From: Alphaproteobacteria bacterium
Lineage (GTDB): Bacteria; Pseudomonadota; Alphaproteobacteria; JAAXGF01
DNA length: 64,000 bases
NCBI GenBank assembly: GCA_963555825.3
Contig: CAUVXB020000002.1
Span: forward strand, 3,072,001-3,136,000
Direction: 5' to 3'
Shown: in pieces, positions 38,215 to 47,204 of the stretch
Layout: each line of letters opens with the position of its first letter
Position numbering within the stretch: the first letter of the stretch is position 1
Made by a program: the position numbers and the translations under genes
Notes under the pieces: generated by a model
Seen by the model: the letters and a program-made list of their open reading frames with translations, nothing else
Database searches by the model: none
What the model was told of the DNA's origin: nothing

Positions 38215-38423
38215 AGCCCTGCCTCCCCCAGCTCGGCGCGTCCTCGGCGGATTTATCTTGCGCGCTTCCAAGAAAGCTTACCGCTATTGCCATCCATCTA
38301 CAACGAAAGACCGAGCGGGCCGCTGACCATTCCCGCCAGATCGAAAATCGCGCTGTGATGACGGAAACAACTGATACAAGGTAGCCAAACTTGTCGAATG
38401 CCTCGCAGCGAAGGGTGGCCCAG

Positions 38424-39575
38424 ATGGCGATTTTCTCCGCGACCGAGATTGCTCGCAGGCATAAGGCGGTCCGCGATCGTATGACCGATACCGACGCGGT
38501 CGTCGCGTTCTCGTTCTTCAACGCCTATTACCTGACCGGCGTGCCGATCTTGGGCTGGGGCCGGCCGACGATCGCGATCCTGCCCAAGGACGGCGATCCG
38601 ACGATCGTCGCCGCCGGCGGCGAGCTGGCGCGCATTCGCAAATACGCGCCGATCGACGACGTCCGCACCTATTCCGACCTCGACGGCCCCAATGTGAACG
38701 CGAGCCTGAGGCTGACCGCCGATGTCATCACGTCGCTCGGCGCGCGGCGCATCGGTGTCGACGCGAACGGCACGCCGGCGGCGACACTCGACATGCTCCG
38801 GGACCTGCTGGACGGCGTCGACATTGTCGACGTCTCCGAGATATTGGACGACGAGAAGGCGGTGTTCTCCGATGAGGAGCTCGGCCATGTCCGCGCCGTC
38901 GCCGACATTCTCGATCACGGCATGACGCGCTATCTCGACACCGCCCGGCTCGGCATGGCAGAAATCGTCCTGGCGGGCCGCGCGATGGTCGCCATGATGG
39001 AGTTCGCGGCGACGCAATACCCGGCCGCCGAGGTCCGCGTGAACTGCTACAGCCAGCAGGGCCTGCGTACGCTCGAGCCGCACACCGCGTCGACCGGCGC
39101 GCCGCTCGAGGCCGGCCAGCTGATGTGCGTCGTCATGGAGGCCTACGTCTGGAACTACCAGGGCGCGCTCGAGCGGACCATCGCGTTGGGCGACATCCCG
39201 GCCGACGCCCAGCGCCTCAACACCGCCATCGTCGAGGCGCAGCAGCGCGCCTTCGAGGCGATCGGCCCGGGCACGCCGATGAGCGAGGTCGACCGGGTTT
39301 CCCGCGCGGTCTTCGAGGCCGCCGGGTTCGCCGTCGCGCCGTCGGGCGCGGGACTCGGCCGTGGCCTGCTGACCGAGTGGGACGGCCGCTTGGACCGGAT
39401 GAACCTGCGCGCCTACAACGACCGGACGATGGTCCCGAACATGGTCTTCACGGTCGAGCCGTTCACCTTCGCCGAGAACATCGGCGCGCCGCGCCACTGC
39501 GATCTCGTCCGGGTCGCCGACGACGGGCGGGAGATCCTCAACAAGGCCCGTTCCGGCTACCTCGTGATCCGCTAG
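38424..39575 (+). CDS. M24 (pita-bread) family hydrolase, creatinase-like
   Basis: Creatinase_N-like N-terminus (NAYYLTG); C-terminal YQGALERT and FTVEP. Confidence 0.8.
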   Translation: MAIFSATEIARRHKAVRDRMTDTDAVVAFSFFNAYYLTGVPILGWGRPTIAILPKDGDPTIVAAGGELARIRKYAPIDDVRTYSDLDGPNVNASLRLTADVITSLGARRIGVDANGTPAATLDMLRDLLDGVDIVDVSEILDDEKAVFSDEELGHVRAVADILDHGMTRYLDTARLGMAEIVLAGRAMVAMMEFAATQYPAAEVRVNCYSQQGLRTLEPHTASTGAPLEAGQLMCVVMEAYVWNYQGALERTIALGDIPADAQRLNTAIVEAQQRAFEAIGPGTPMSEVDRVSRAVFEAAGFAVAPSGAGLGRGLLTEWDGRLDRMNLRAYNDRTMVPNMVFTVEPFTFAENIGAPRHCDLVRVADDGREILNKARSGYLVIR

Positions 39576-39679
39576 GCCCGACCACGCCGCCCGCCGGCCT
39601 CCGATCGAGGGCCGGCGTGAAACCTTTGCCGTGCCCCGGTGTACTGTTGAATGATGTGGGCAATTCGGTGGCGTAGAAG

Positions 39680-40349
39680 GTGCATGGCCTCGTGACAGCG
39701 CGATCAGGCGATCTGGCGAGCGACGATCCCGGCCAAGAACAACGGGTCGTCGACCTCGAAGAGCGGACCTGGCTGCCGCGACACTGTCGCGGCGACGCGG
39801 CGGCGTTCCCGGCCCTGCTCGAGGCCTATCGGCGCCCGGTTTACACTTATCTGGTGCGCTTCGGCTCTGGTGCGCTTCGGCGTCGCGGCGGGCGACCGCG
39901 ACGATGTCTTTCAGGGCATCTTCCTCAAGGTTCACGCCGCCGCCGGATCGTACCAACCGGCCCGCCCGTTGGCGCCGTGGATCTTCACCATCGTCGCCAA
40001 CACGGTGCGCAACCACCGGCGCGATGGGCGCGCCCACGAAACCGAGACCTCGGACGACGCGGCGCCGGAAACCGCCGACCCGCGGCCGGGCCCGGAGCAG
40101 GTCGCCGAGGCGCGCGAGACGGTCGCCTGGCTCGAACGCGCCATCGCCGCGCTGCCCACCGCCCAACGCGAAGTCCTGCTGCTGACCGCCATCGCCGGCT
40201 TTGGGCAGCGCCAAGTCGCCGAGACACTCGATATGCCTGTCAACACGGTCAAGACGCATCTACGCCGCGCGCGCCTGACCCTGGTCGAAGCGATGGCCCG
40301 CCGCGACGCCGCGGCCGGCCCGATTGGAGATCAACATGAACAGCTGTGA
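39680..40349 (+). pseudogene. ECF sigma factor frameshifted by a 16-bp tandem duplication
   Basis: RGDAAAFPALLEAYRRPVYTYLVRFG is in one frame; DDVFQGIFLKVH..WIFTIVAN..LPTAQREV..VAETLDMPVNTVKTHLRRAR is in another. TCTGGTGCGCTTCGGC occurs twice (39850-39881) at the switch point. Confidence 0.88.
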
Positions 40350-42021
40350 CGCCACGCAACGGCGCCTGGCGGAAGAAGGCGCCGAGTTCTTGCAACATGA
40401 CGCCGAGGCCGCGCGCCACGTCGAGGGCTGCGCCGACTGCACTCGCTTCCTGGCCGGCCTGAAGAGGGTCGAGACCGCGCTCGGCGAAATGCCCGCCTAC
40501 GACGCGCCTGACGCGTTGGTCGCCGACACGCTCAGCGCGGTGCGCGCGGCCGGTCCGGTCGAGCAAACGCCGGCGCGGCGCAGTCCCCGGCGGCTTCGGC
40601 TCGCCGGCGCGCTGGCCGCCTCTGTCGTCATCCTCGCCACCATCGGCCTGACGAACCACCTGATGGATTCAATAGAGTCTCAGGAAAAATTTGCGTCGGT
40701 GATCACTGGAAGTGTCGAGACGCCAATTCCTGCCACCGAGCCGACCGACGGCAAACACGACCAGAGCGCCGGCGGCGCGTCGGGCACCGGTGGTGTCGTC
40801 AGCGAAGGCGCCGAGACTGCCAAGCAGGCGCACCGCGTGATCACCGACAATACGCAGTCGACTGAACAGTTCTTGTACGCCATGCCGGAACCGGCGGACA
40901 TGGCCGAATCGCCGAGCCCTGAGGAAGGCGGTCGACTCGCCGCCGAGAAGAGTTTTGCCAACGCGCCGCTCGACAAGGTCGAGGATGAACGGCGGCGCAA
41001 GGAGGCCGACGTCGTCGCTCGCCTAGAAGGGCAGCTTCGCAACACCGAAAGCGAGTCGCAGATCGCCGGACTGGAGCGGTCCGAGGAAGCCAAGAATCAG
41101 CGCGACGACGCCGATGCCGACGCACCGGACACGCGCTCCCAGGGAGCCAAGACGAAGACGGAAGAGGTCTTCCGCGGGGTGGTCGTCGCTGTGCCCGAGC
41201 CGCAGGACTATTTCGCTGTCGAATCGAACGAACTCGCCGTGGTCGGCGGCGCTGGGACGTCGACGTCGGCATCCGGGGCGACGATCATGCCCGAGCCGAG
41301 CGCACCGCCCGAGAATGCGTCCAAGCGTGCGGCTGGCGAGGACGAACCGGCGTCGACGTTTGGTTTCGACGACTTGTCGAGCGGCGGTGGTGCAACCTCG
41401 GCCGATGAGGCGGCCGGTCAACGGAAATCGCTCTCCAAGGACCGGGCGGTGCGCTTGGACGAGTCGGAGTACGAGATTAAACTCAAGTACATATTGAAGC
41501 CCAACATACGTTCGTCATCGACCGGCCAAGAAACCGGTCAACGTATGGTGCCCGCCGAGGAGCAGACGGCGGCCGAAACCCAGGCCATATACGACGACCT
41601 CTACAAATCTACGGCGCCGACGACGGCCTTCGGATACGGCGCATATTATCGCCAGAACCGGGCATACGATCCCGAGACCGCGCGGGCCCGGGCGCGGGCG
41701 TTCCTCGACGGCTACGACAGGATCGAGGGGCTCGCCTTCCAGTCGGCGACCGGTTATTGGGCGAACAGCTATATCCCGGGCGATTCCGCAATGCGGTTGC
41801 TGGCGTCGCGGCTGCGCGGCTGGGACCGCGCGTCGCTCGGCCCCGAGCGGCGCCTCGAGCAGGCGGCCCGGCAGGTCGCGCAGCCTTTCGATGCGCCCAC
41901 CGAGGCGGCGCTGGCGGTCTATCTGCACGCTGACACAAGCGGCATCCAGGGGCCGACCCGGATGCGCGTCCAGGTCGGTCTCAAGGCGCCGAACGCCACG
42001 GCGGCCACCGGCCGGCGATGA
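40336..42021 (+). CDS. ZAS anti-sigma factor: N-terminal part of a probable anti-sigma-vWA fusion
   Basis: HVEGCADC (HxxxCxxC), one TM helix (LAGALAASVVILATIGL), long acidic low-complexity region, then a folded segment GYWANSYIPGD..QPFDAP. Confidence 0.75.
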   Translation: MNSCDATQRRLAEEGAEFLQHDAEAARHVEGCADCTRFLAGLKRVETALGEMPAYDAPDALVADTLSAVRAAGPVEQTPARRSPRRLRLAGALAASVVILATIGLTNHLMDSIESQEKFASVITGSVETPIPATEPTDGKHDQSAGGASGTGGVVSEGAETAKQAHRVITDNTQSTEQFLYAMPEPADMAESPSPEEGGRLAAEKSFANAPLDKVEDERRRKEADVVARLEGQLRNTESESQIAGLERSEEAKNQRDDADADAPDTRSQGAKTKTEEVFRGVVVAVPEPQDYFAVESNELAVVGGAGTSTSASGATIMPEPSAPPENASKRAAGEDEPASTFGFDDLSSGGGATSADEAAGQRKSLSKDRAVRLDESEYEIKLKYILKPNIRSSSTGQETGQRMVPAEEQTAAETQAIYDDLYKSTAPTTAFGYGAYYRQNRAYDPETARARARAFLDGYDRIEGLAFQSATGYWANSYIPGDSAMRLLASRLRGWDRASLGPERRLEQAARQVAQPFDAPTEAALAVYLHADTSGIQGPTRMRVQVGLKAPNATAATGRR

Positions 42022-43256
42022 ACATCGGCCTGGTCGTCGATGCGCGGGAGCCGGGCGACGACCGCGTTTACGCGCGGGTTCGCGCATTGATTACCGCCCT
42101 GGAGCGCATCCGCCAGCCGGGCGATCGCTTCTCGCTCACCGTCGCTGGCCCCGCCGGCGGCATGCTGGTGTCGCCCGAGCAGTTCCGTCACGGCCCCCTG
42201 CGCGTCGCGATGGAGCAGCTATTCGGCGATCGGACCGCCGCCGGGGCCGAGGGCATCGATCTGATCGACGCCGTGGCGCTGGCGAGCGAAAGCGTGCGCC
42301 AGGGCGACGACCCGAACGCCGTGCTCGGCGCCAGCCTGGTGCTGCTGGCGACCGGGTCGTCGATCGCCGGCGATCTCGAGGCGCTGGAAGGCCTGGTTCA
42401 TGCCAACGCCGTCGGCGGCGTGCCGCTCAGCGTCGTGCGCCTGTCCGACCGGGCCGATCTCGACGACGTCGACCGTCTGGTGGCGGCCGGCCAGGGCAAC
42501 CGCCGCATCCTCGACACCGCCGATCAGGCCGACGCGCTGATCGACCGCGAGCTGCACGCCGCCAGCCGCGCCGTCGCGCGCGCCGTCAGGCTGCGCATCC
42601 GGCTCGCGCCGGGCGTCAGACTCGTCGAGGTGCTCGGCTCGCACCGGCTTGAGGTGTTGCAGGCCGAGCGCGTGCGCGAGGCCGAGCAGGCGCTCGACCA
42701 ACGGCTCGCGCGCAACCTCGGCATCGAGGCCGACCGGGGCGACGACGAGGAGGGCATCCAGATCGTCATCCCGTCGTTCTACGCCGGCGACGCGCATGTG
42801 ATTTTGTTGGACGTCGTCGCCGACGGCCCCGGGCCGATCGCCGACGTGACAGCGCGCTACAAGGACGTCGTCTACCTGCGCAACGGCATCGCCAGCGCCC
42901 ACCTGACGATCGACGCCGGGCCGGCCGCGCAAGGCCCGCTCGAGCGCAATGTGCTGAAGAATCTGGCGGCTTGGGAACTGTCGCGCGCGACACGGCGGGC
43001 GAGCGACACCATGCGGGCCGGCGATGTCCGCGAGGTCGGTGCGCTGGTCGCCACGCTCCGCGAACTGATTTACGGGCTTCGCCTCGAGGTCGCCAGCTGG
43101 TCGACCGACGCGGAGCTGGTGGCCGACGAGGCGATGCTGGACGACTACTTGGCGGTCCTGGAATCTGGCGCCGGCGCTGATCCCGTTCAGCGCGGCTATC
43201 TCGCCGATTCCCTGCGCTTCACGGCCTATCGAAAATTGCAGCCGTCGACCGAATGA
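42018..43256 (+). CDS. Degenerate vWA-domain protein (probable C-terminal half of the preceding gene)
   Basis: (RPA)MNIGLVVD, PGDRFSLTV, LVLLATG, LVAAGQGN; vWA-like strand/helix order without a DxSxS motif. Confidence 0.7.
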   Translation: MNIGLVVDAREPGDDRVYARVRALITALERIRQPGDRFSLTVAGPAGGMLVSPEQFRHGPLRVAMEQLFGDRTAAGAEGIDLIDAVALASESVRQGDDPNAVLGASLVLLATGSSIAGDLEALEGLVHANAVGGVPLSVVRLSDRADLDDVDRLVAAGQGNRRILDTADQADALIDRELHAASRAVARAVRLRIRLAPGVRLVEVLGSHRLEVLQAERVREAEQALDQRLARNLGIEADRGDDEEGIQIVIPSFYAGDAHVILLDVVADGPGPIADVTARYKDVVYLRNGIASAHLTIDAGPAAQGPLERNVLKNLAAWELSRATRRASDTMRAGDVREVGALVATLRELIYGLRLEVASWSTDAELVADEAMLDDYLAVLESGAGADPVQRGYLADSLRFTAYRKLQPSTE

Positions 43257-43330
43257 ACGGCGCCATGGGGATGCGGAATTTGCACAAACACACGAAGGAA
43301 GCCGGCTTGTCCGGCGGTAAGGATTGCATC

Positions 43331-46300
43331 ATGAGAATACTGATCGTCGTTTTCAGCATGTTTCTGGCGCCGTTCGCGCTCGCCCAGGAAAGCGCGCCCG
43401 GCTCGTCGGGCGAGGTGCGCGTTCCGCTCGCCGCCTACACCCAAATGATCAATCAGCTAAATCAGGAACCGCGCGGCGCGCCGGCGCCCTACGCGATCGG
43501 CCAGGCGCACGTCGCCGTCGACGTCAGAGACCAGGATGGCCGTATCACCGCCACCGTCGACGTCACCGTCTTGATCGAGACCTTCGAGGACGAGTGGGCA
43601 CTGGTGCCTATTCTGCCGCCCGGCGCGGCGCTCAAGCTTGCCACGGTCGACGGCCGCATGGTGCAGCTCGTGCAGCGCCCCGAGGGCCTCGCCTGGTCGA
43701 CCGAGAAGGCCGGCGTCGTCACCATGCGGCTGAGCTACGGGGTCGACGCCAGGCGCTCCGACGCCGGCTATGTGCTGGCGCTGCCGGTGCCGGTCGCCGC
43801 GGCGACCGACTTCAACCTGGTCTATCCGGGAACCGGCGTCGACCTCGCCGTCGTGCCGGCGGCCGACCTGCACTCCGACGAGGGCGATGGCGTGACGCGC
43901 TTCACCGCCAGCGTGCCGGCGACCTCGTCGATTCTGGTCTCGTGGCGCGCGCCGACGACGCGGCCCTACGTCATCAGCCGGGCGGTCTACGGCGGCGCGC
44001 TCTCGGGCGACGCCCTGGTCTGGACCGCCGAGTTCCAGGTCGAGGTGTTCGGCGACGGCCAGATCGATCTGCCGCTGATGCCGACCAGCGTCACGCTGAT
44101 CGACATCCGCGTCGACGGCGCGCCGGCGACGGTGCTCGAAAAGGACGCGCGCTTCGGCACCGTGCTCGAGGGCCGCGGCCTCCACGACGTGCGCGTCGAA
44201 TTCCTGGTTCCGGTCGCCACCGACATGGGGCCGCCCCAGGCACGCCTCGACATCCCGCGCATCCCGGTCTCGCGTTTCGATCTGGTGCTGCCCGGGCGCA
44301 AGGACGTCAAGGTTACCCCCGGCGCCAACGTCGTCACCACCGAGCGCGACGACGAGACCCGGGCGACCGTGTTCATCCCGATGAGCGGCACGGTGGTGTT
44401 CACCTGGACCGACGCCGTGCCCGAGCATCTGCGCGCCCAAGTGCGCGCCAACGCGAGCCTCTATCACGTCGTCCACGCCGAGGAAGGCGTGCTGCACGGG
44501 CGCGGCACCGTGGTCTACGAGATCACACACGGTGAGACCAACCTGCTGGAACTCGAGATCCCCGACGACGCCCAGGTCAACAGCATCGTCGCGCCGGCGG
44601 GCGGCGTGTCGGACTGGTCTGTCACCGCCTCGGAAACGCAAGGGCGCAAGAAGATCACCGTCTTCCTCGAACTGGCGGTGAGTGGTGAATTCGTCCTCGA
44701 GGTGGCCTACGAACGGCTGCTCGGCGCCGGCGCGGCGGCGCGCCAGCCGTTCAGCGTCCCAGTGCTGAGCGCGGTCAATGTGCATCGCCAGCGCGGCATG
44801 GTGGCGTTGCTATCGGGCCAGGAACTGGCGCTCAAGCCGGTCACCGAGACGGGCGTCTCGCCGGTCGGCGAGAATCAGCTGCCGGCGTTCATTCGCAACC
44901 AGATCGCGATGACCGTGGCGCATACCTACAAGTACATCGACCCGATGCCCGAGCTCACCGTCAGCGCGGTCGCACCCGAGCGCCGGCAGGGCAAGTTCGA
45001 CGCCCAGGTCGACACGTTGATCTCGCTCGGCGAGGTGATCATGAAGGGCTCGGCGACGATCGAGATCGACGTCAAGTCGGGCAGCATAGTCGAATTGCAG
45101 CTGCGCCTGCCCGACAACGTCAACATCCTGGGCGTCGCCGGTCCGTCGCTGCGCTCGCACCAGGAGCGTGAGATCGACGGCGGCCAGGCGATCGAGATCG
45201 AGTTCACCCGCGAGATGGAGGGCCAATTCCGCATCGAGGTCAGCTACGAGCGGATCATGGACCCCGAGGCGCCGCGGACCGCCGTGCCGACGATCTCGGT
45301 GATGGAGGCCGAGGTCGAGCATGGCCGCATCGCGGTCGAGGCGCTGACCGCGGTCGAGGTGCACGCGGCGGTCGCCGAGCAGCTTTCGAACGTCGACGTC
45401 AACGAGCTGCCCCGTCAGTTGGTGCTCAAGACGACCAACCCGATCCTGCTCGCCTACCGCTACGTGCACGCCAAGCCGCCGTTCAAGCTGGCGCTCAAGA
45501 TCACCCGGTACCGCGAGATCGACGTTCAGGTCGCGGCCATCGAGCGCGCCGACTACTCGTCGTTGTTCACCTGTGACGGGCTGGCTGTGACCACCGCGCG
45601 CCTGACCGTGCGCAACAGCCGCCGGCAGTTCCTGCGCCTGGCGCTGCCGCCCAAGTCCCAGGTCTGGTCGGTGTTCGTCGACGGCAAGCCCGAGAAGCCC
45701 GCTTATGCCAGCGGCGGGAACGACGACGGCACGGCGATCCTGATCAGGATGATCAATTCTTCCGAGGGCTTTCCGGTCGATATCGTCTATGCCACGCCGG
45801 TCGAGGGCATCGGCCAGCTCGGCGCCGTGTCGAGCCGCCTGCCGCGTCCCGACATGGTGGTGACCCACACGCGCTGGGACGTCTTCCTGCCGGTCGGCCC
45901 GCGCTATCAAGAGCCCGATAGCACGATGGACGTCGTCGTCGGCGGCGCCTGGGTTAATCCGCGGATCGTCGGCGTCGACGAGGTGACGCGCGCCGCCTAT
46001 CAGACGCAGATGGGCCAGCCGCTCAGGATCACCGTGCCGACCCAGGGCATCCGCTTCTCATTCGAGAAGCTCTATGCCAACCAATCTCCCGAGGACGCGG
46101 CGTTCTCGATCCGCTACGTCTCGGGCGGCATCGACAAGACCGCACTGTTCGCCAGCGCGGCCGGCGCGATCCTTCTGTGGGTCGGCATCGTCGCGATCGG
46201 CGGGCGCCGGCTCCGATTGTCGCGTGGCATGACGGTCGCCGCCATCGCCTCGGGCGCCGCGCTGCTGGTCGCCTCGATCGGCTACTTCGGCACCAGCCCG

Positions 46301-46402
46301 ATCCCCGCCTCGGGCATGGCGCTCGCCATCGCGGTGCTGCTCGCCGCTTGGTGGGGCGTCGAGCGCCTGCGCGACTGGCGCGCCGGCCGGCCGGCAGGTT
46401 GA
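43331..46402 (+). CDS. Large exported, C-terminally membrane-anchored hypothetical protein with internal repeats
   Basis: Signal peptide MRILIVVFSMFLAPFALA-Q; repeated beta-rich modules; about 3 C-terminal TM helices; host-like codon usage. Confidence 0.85.
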   Translation: MRILIVVFSMFLAPFALAQESAPGSSGEVRVPLAAYTQMINQLNQEPRGAPAPYAIGQAHVAVDVRDQDGRITATVDVTVLIETFEDEWALVPILPPGAALKLATVDGRMVQLVQRPEGLAWSTEKAGVVTMRLSYGVDARRSDAGYVLALPVPVAAATDFNLVYPGTGVDLAVVPAADLHSDEGDGVTRFTASVPATSSILVSWRAPTTRPYVISRAVYGGALSGDALVWTAEFQVEVFGDGQIDLPLMPTSVTLIDIRVDGAPATVLEKDARFGTVLEGRGLHDVRVEFLVPVATDMGPPQARLDIPRIPVSRFDLVLPGRKDVKVTPGANVVTTERDDETRATVFIPMSGTVVFTWTDAVPEHLRAQVRANASLYHVVHAEEGVLHGRGTVVYEITHGETNLLELEIPDDAQVNSIVAPAGGVSDWSVTASETQGRKKITVFLELAVSGEFVLEVAYERLLGAGAAARQPFSVPVLSAVNVHRQRGMVALLSGQELALKPVTETGVSPVGENQLPAFIRNQIAMTVAHTYKYIDPMPELTVSAVAPERRQGKFDAQVDTLISLGEVIMKGSATIEIDVKSGSIVELQLRLPDNVNILGVAGPSLRSHQEREIDGGQAIEIEFTREMEGQFRIEVSYERIMDPEAPRTAVPTISVMEAEVEHGRIAVEALTAVEVHAAVAEQLSNVDVNELPRQLVLKTTNPILLAYRYVHAKPPFKLALKITRYREIDVQVAAIERADYSSLFTCDGLAVTTARLTVRNSRRQFLRLALPPKSQVWSVFVDGKPEKPAYASGGNDDGTAILIRMINSSEGFPVDIVYATPVEGIGQLGAVSSRLPRPDMVVTHTRWDVFLPVGPRYQEPDSTMDVVVGGAWVNPRIVGVDEVTRAAYQTQMGQPLRITVPTQGIRFSFEKLYANQSPEDAAFSIRYVSGGIDKTALFASAAGAILLWVGIVAIGGRRLRLSRGMTVAAIASGAALLVASIGYFGTSPIPASGMALAIAVLLAAWWGVERLRDWRAGRPAG

Positions 46403-46417
46403 CTTCGGCCCGGCCGC

Positions 46418-47095
46418 TTACGCCGGGTTGCCGAGGACGATCTCGAAGCGGCAAACGCCGGCGGCGGGCTCGAGACCGGCCTCGGGCGCCTCGACCGATA
46501 CGACGACGCTGGCGCGCTGCACCGGGTCGCGGATCGCGTTGAAGACGTTGTCGGTCTCGAGATGCGGGTCGCCGGTGAAGTACAACTGTGTCGCCAACCG
46601 CTCGAAGCCCGGACCCGAGACGCGGAAGTGGATATGCGCCGGGCGCATCCAGGACGCCGAAGCCGGGTAGGGCGGCGGCTGGATCGTCAGGAAGCGGTAG
46701 GCGCCCTCGTCGTCGGTCGTGTCGTGGCCGTAGCCTTGGAAGTTGGCGTCCATCGGGACGCCGCGGCCGTCATCGACGTAGTGGTAGCGGCCGTTGGCGT
46801 CGGCCTGCCAGATCTCGACTACGGCCCCCGTGACGGCGCGCCCACCCTTGTCGACGACGCGTCCGACGACGTGGATCGGCGTGCCCGAGGCCAAGCCGCC
46901 GGCGCCGATCCGGGTCAGATCGTTGTCGACGTCGAGCGGTTTCTCGCGCGGAAAGAATGGCCCCATGGTCTGCGGCGGTGTCGCCACGCCGAGCGCGGCG
47001 AGCGCCGGCGAGACCCGCGCGGCAACGAGGCCGCCGGCCGCGAGCGAGGCGCCGATCAGGCGGCGGCGGGTGAGCGGTGCAGCATCTTGCGTCAT
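46418..47095 (-). CDS. Intradiol ring-cleavage dioxygenase (PcaH-like) with a Tat signal
   Basis: TRRRLIG..ALA signal; TPPQTMGPF, VEIWQADANGRY, FQGYG, PYP, RPAHIHF. Confidence 0.9.
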   Translation of the reverse strand: MTQDAAPLTRRRLIGASLAAGGLVAARVSPALAALGVATPPQTMGPFFPREKPLDVDNDLTRIGAGGLASGTPIHVVGRVVDKGGRAVTGAVVEIWQADANGRYHYVDDGRGVPMDANFQGYGHDTTDDEGAYRFLTIQPPPYPASASWMRPAHIHFRVSGPGFERLATQLYFTGDPHLETDNVFNAIRDPVQRASVVVSVEAPEAGLEPAAGVCRFEIVLGNPA

Positions 47096-47204
47096 GGTTT
47101 ATTCCCGCTGGTGTGTGGCTCGAATGCTCTGTAACTAACATAGGCGGACAGCGGCCGCTGTGTAGGGGCCAGCCCGGCAAAGGCAAAGCATGGGGAATTC
47201 GACG

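Noticed and set aside
39680-40339. 219-aa ORF as the true sigma factor because it ends in an ATGA overlap with the next gene
   Set aside because: After the duplication this frame is Arg/Pro-rich nonsense; sigma regions 2 and 4 are in the frame ending at 40349.
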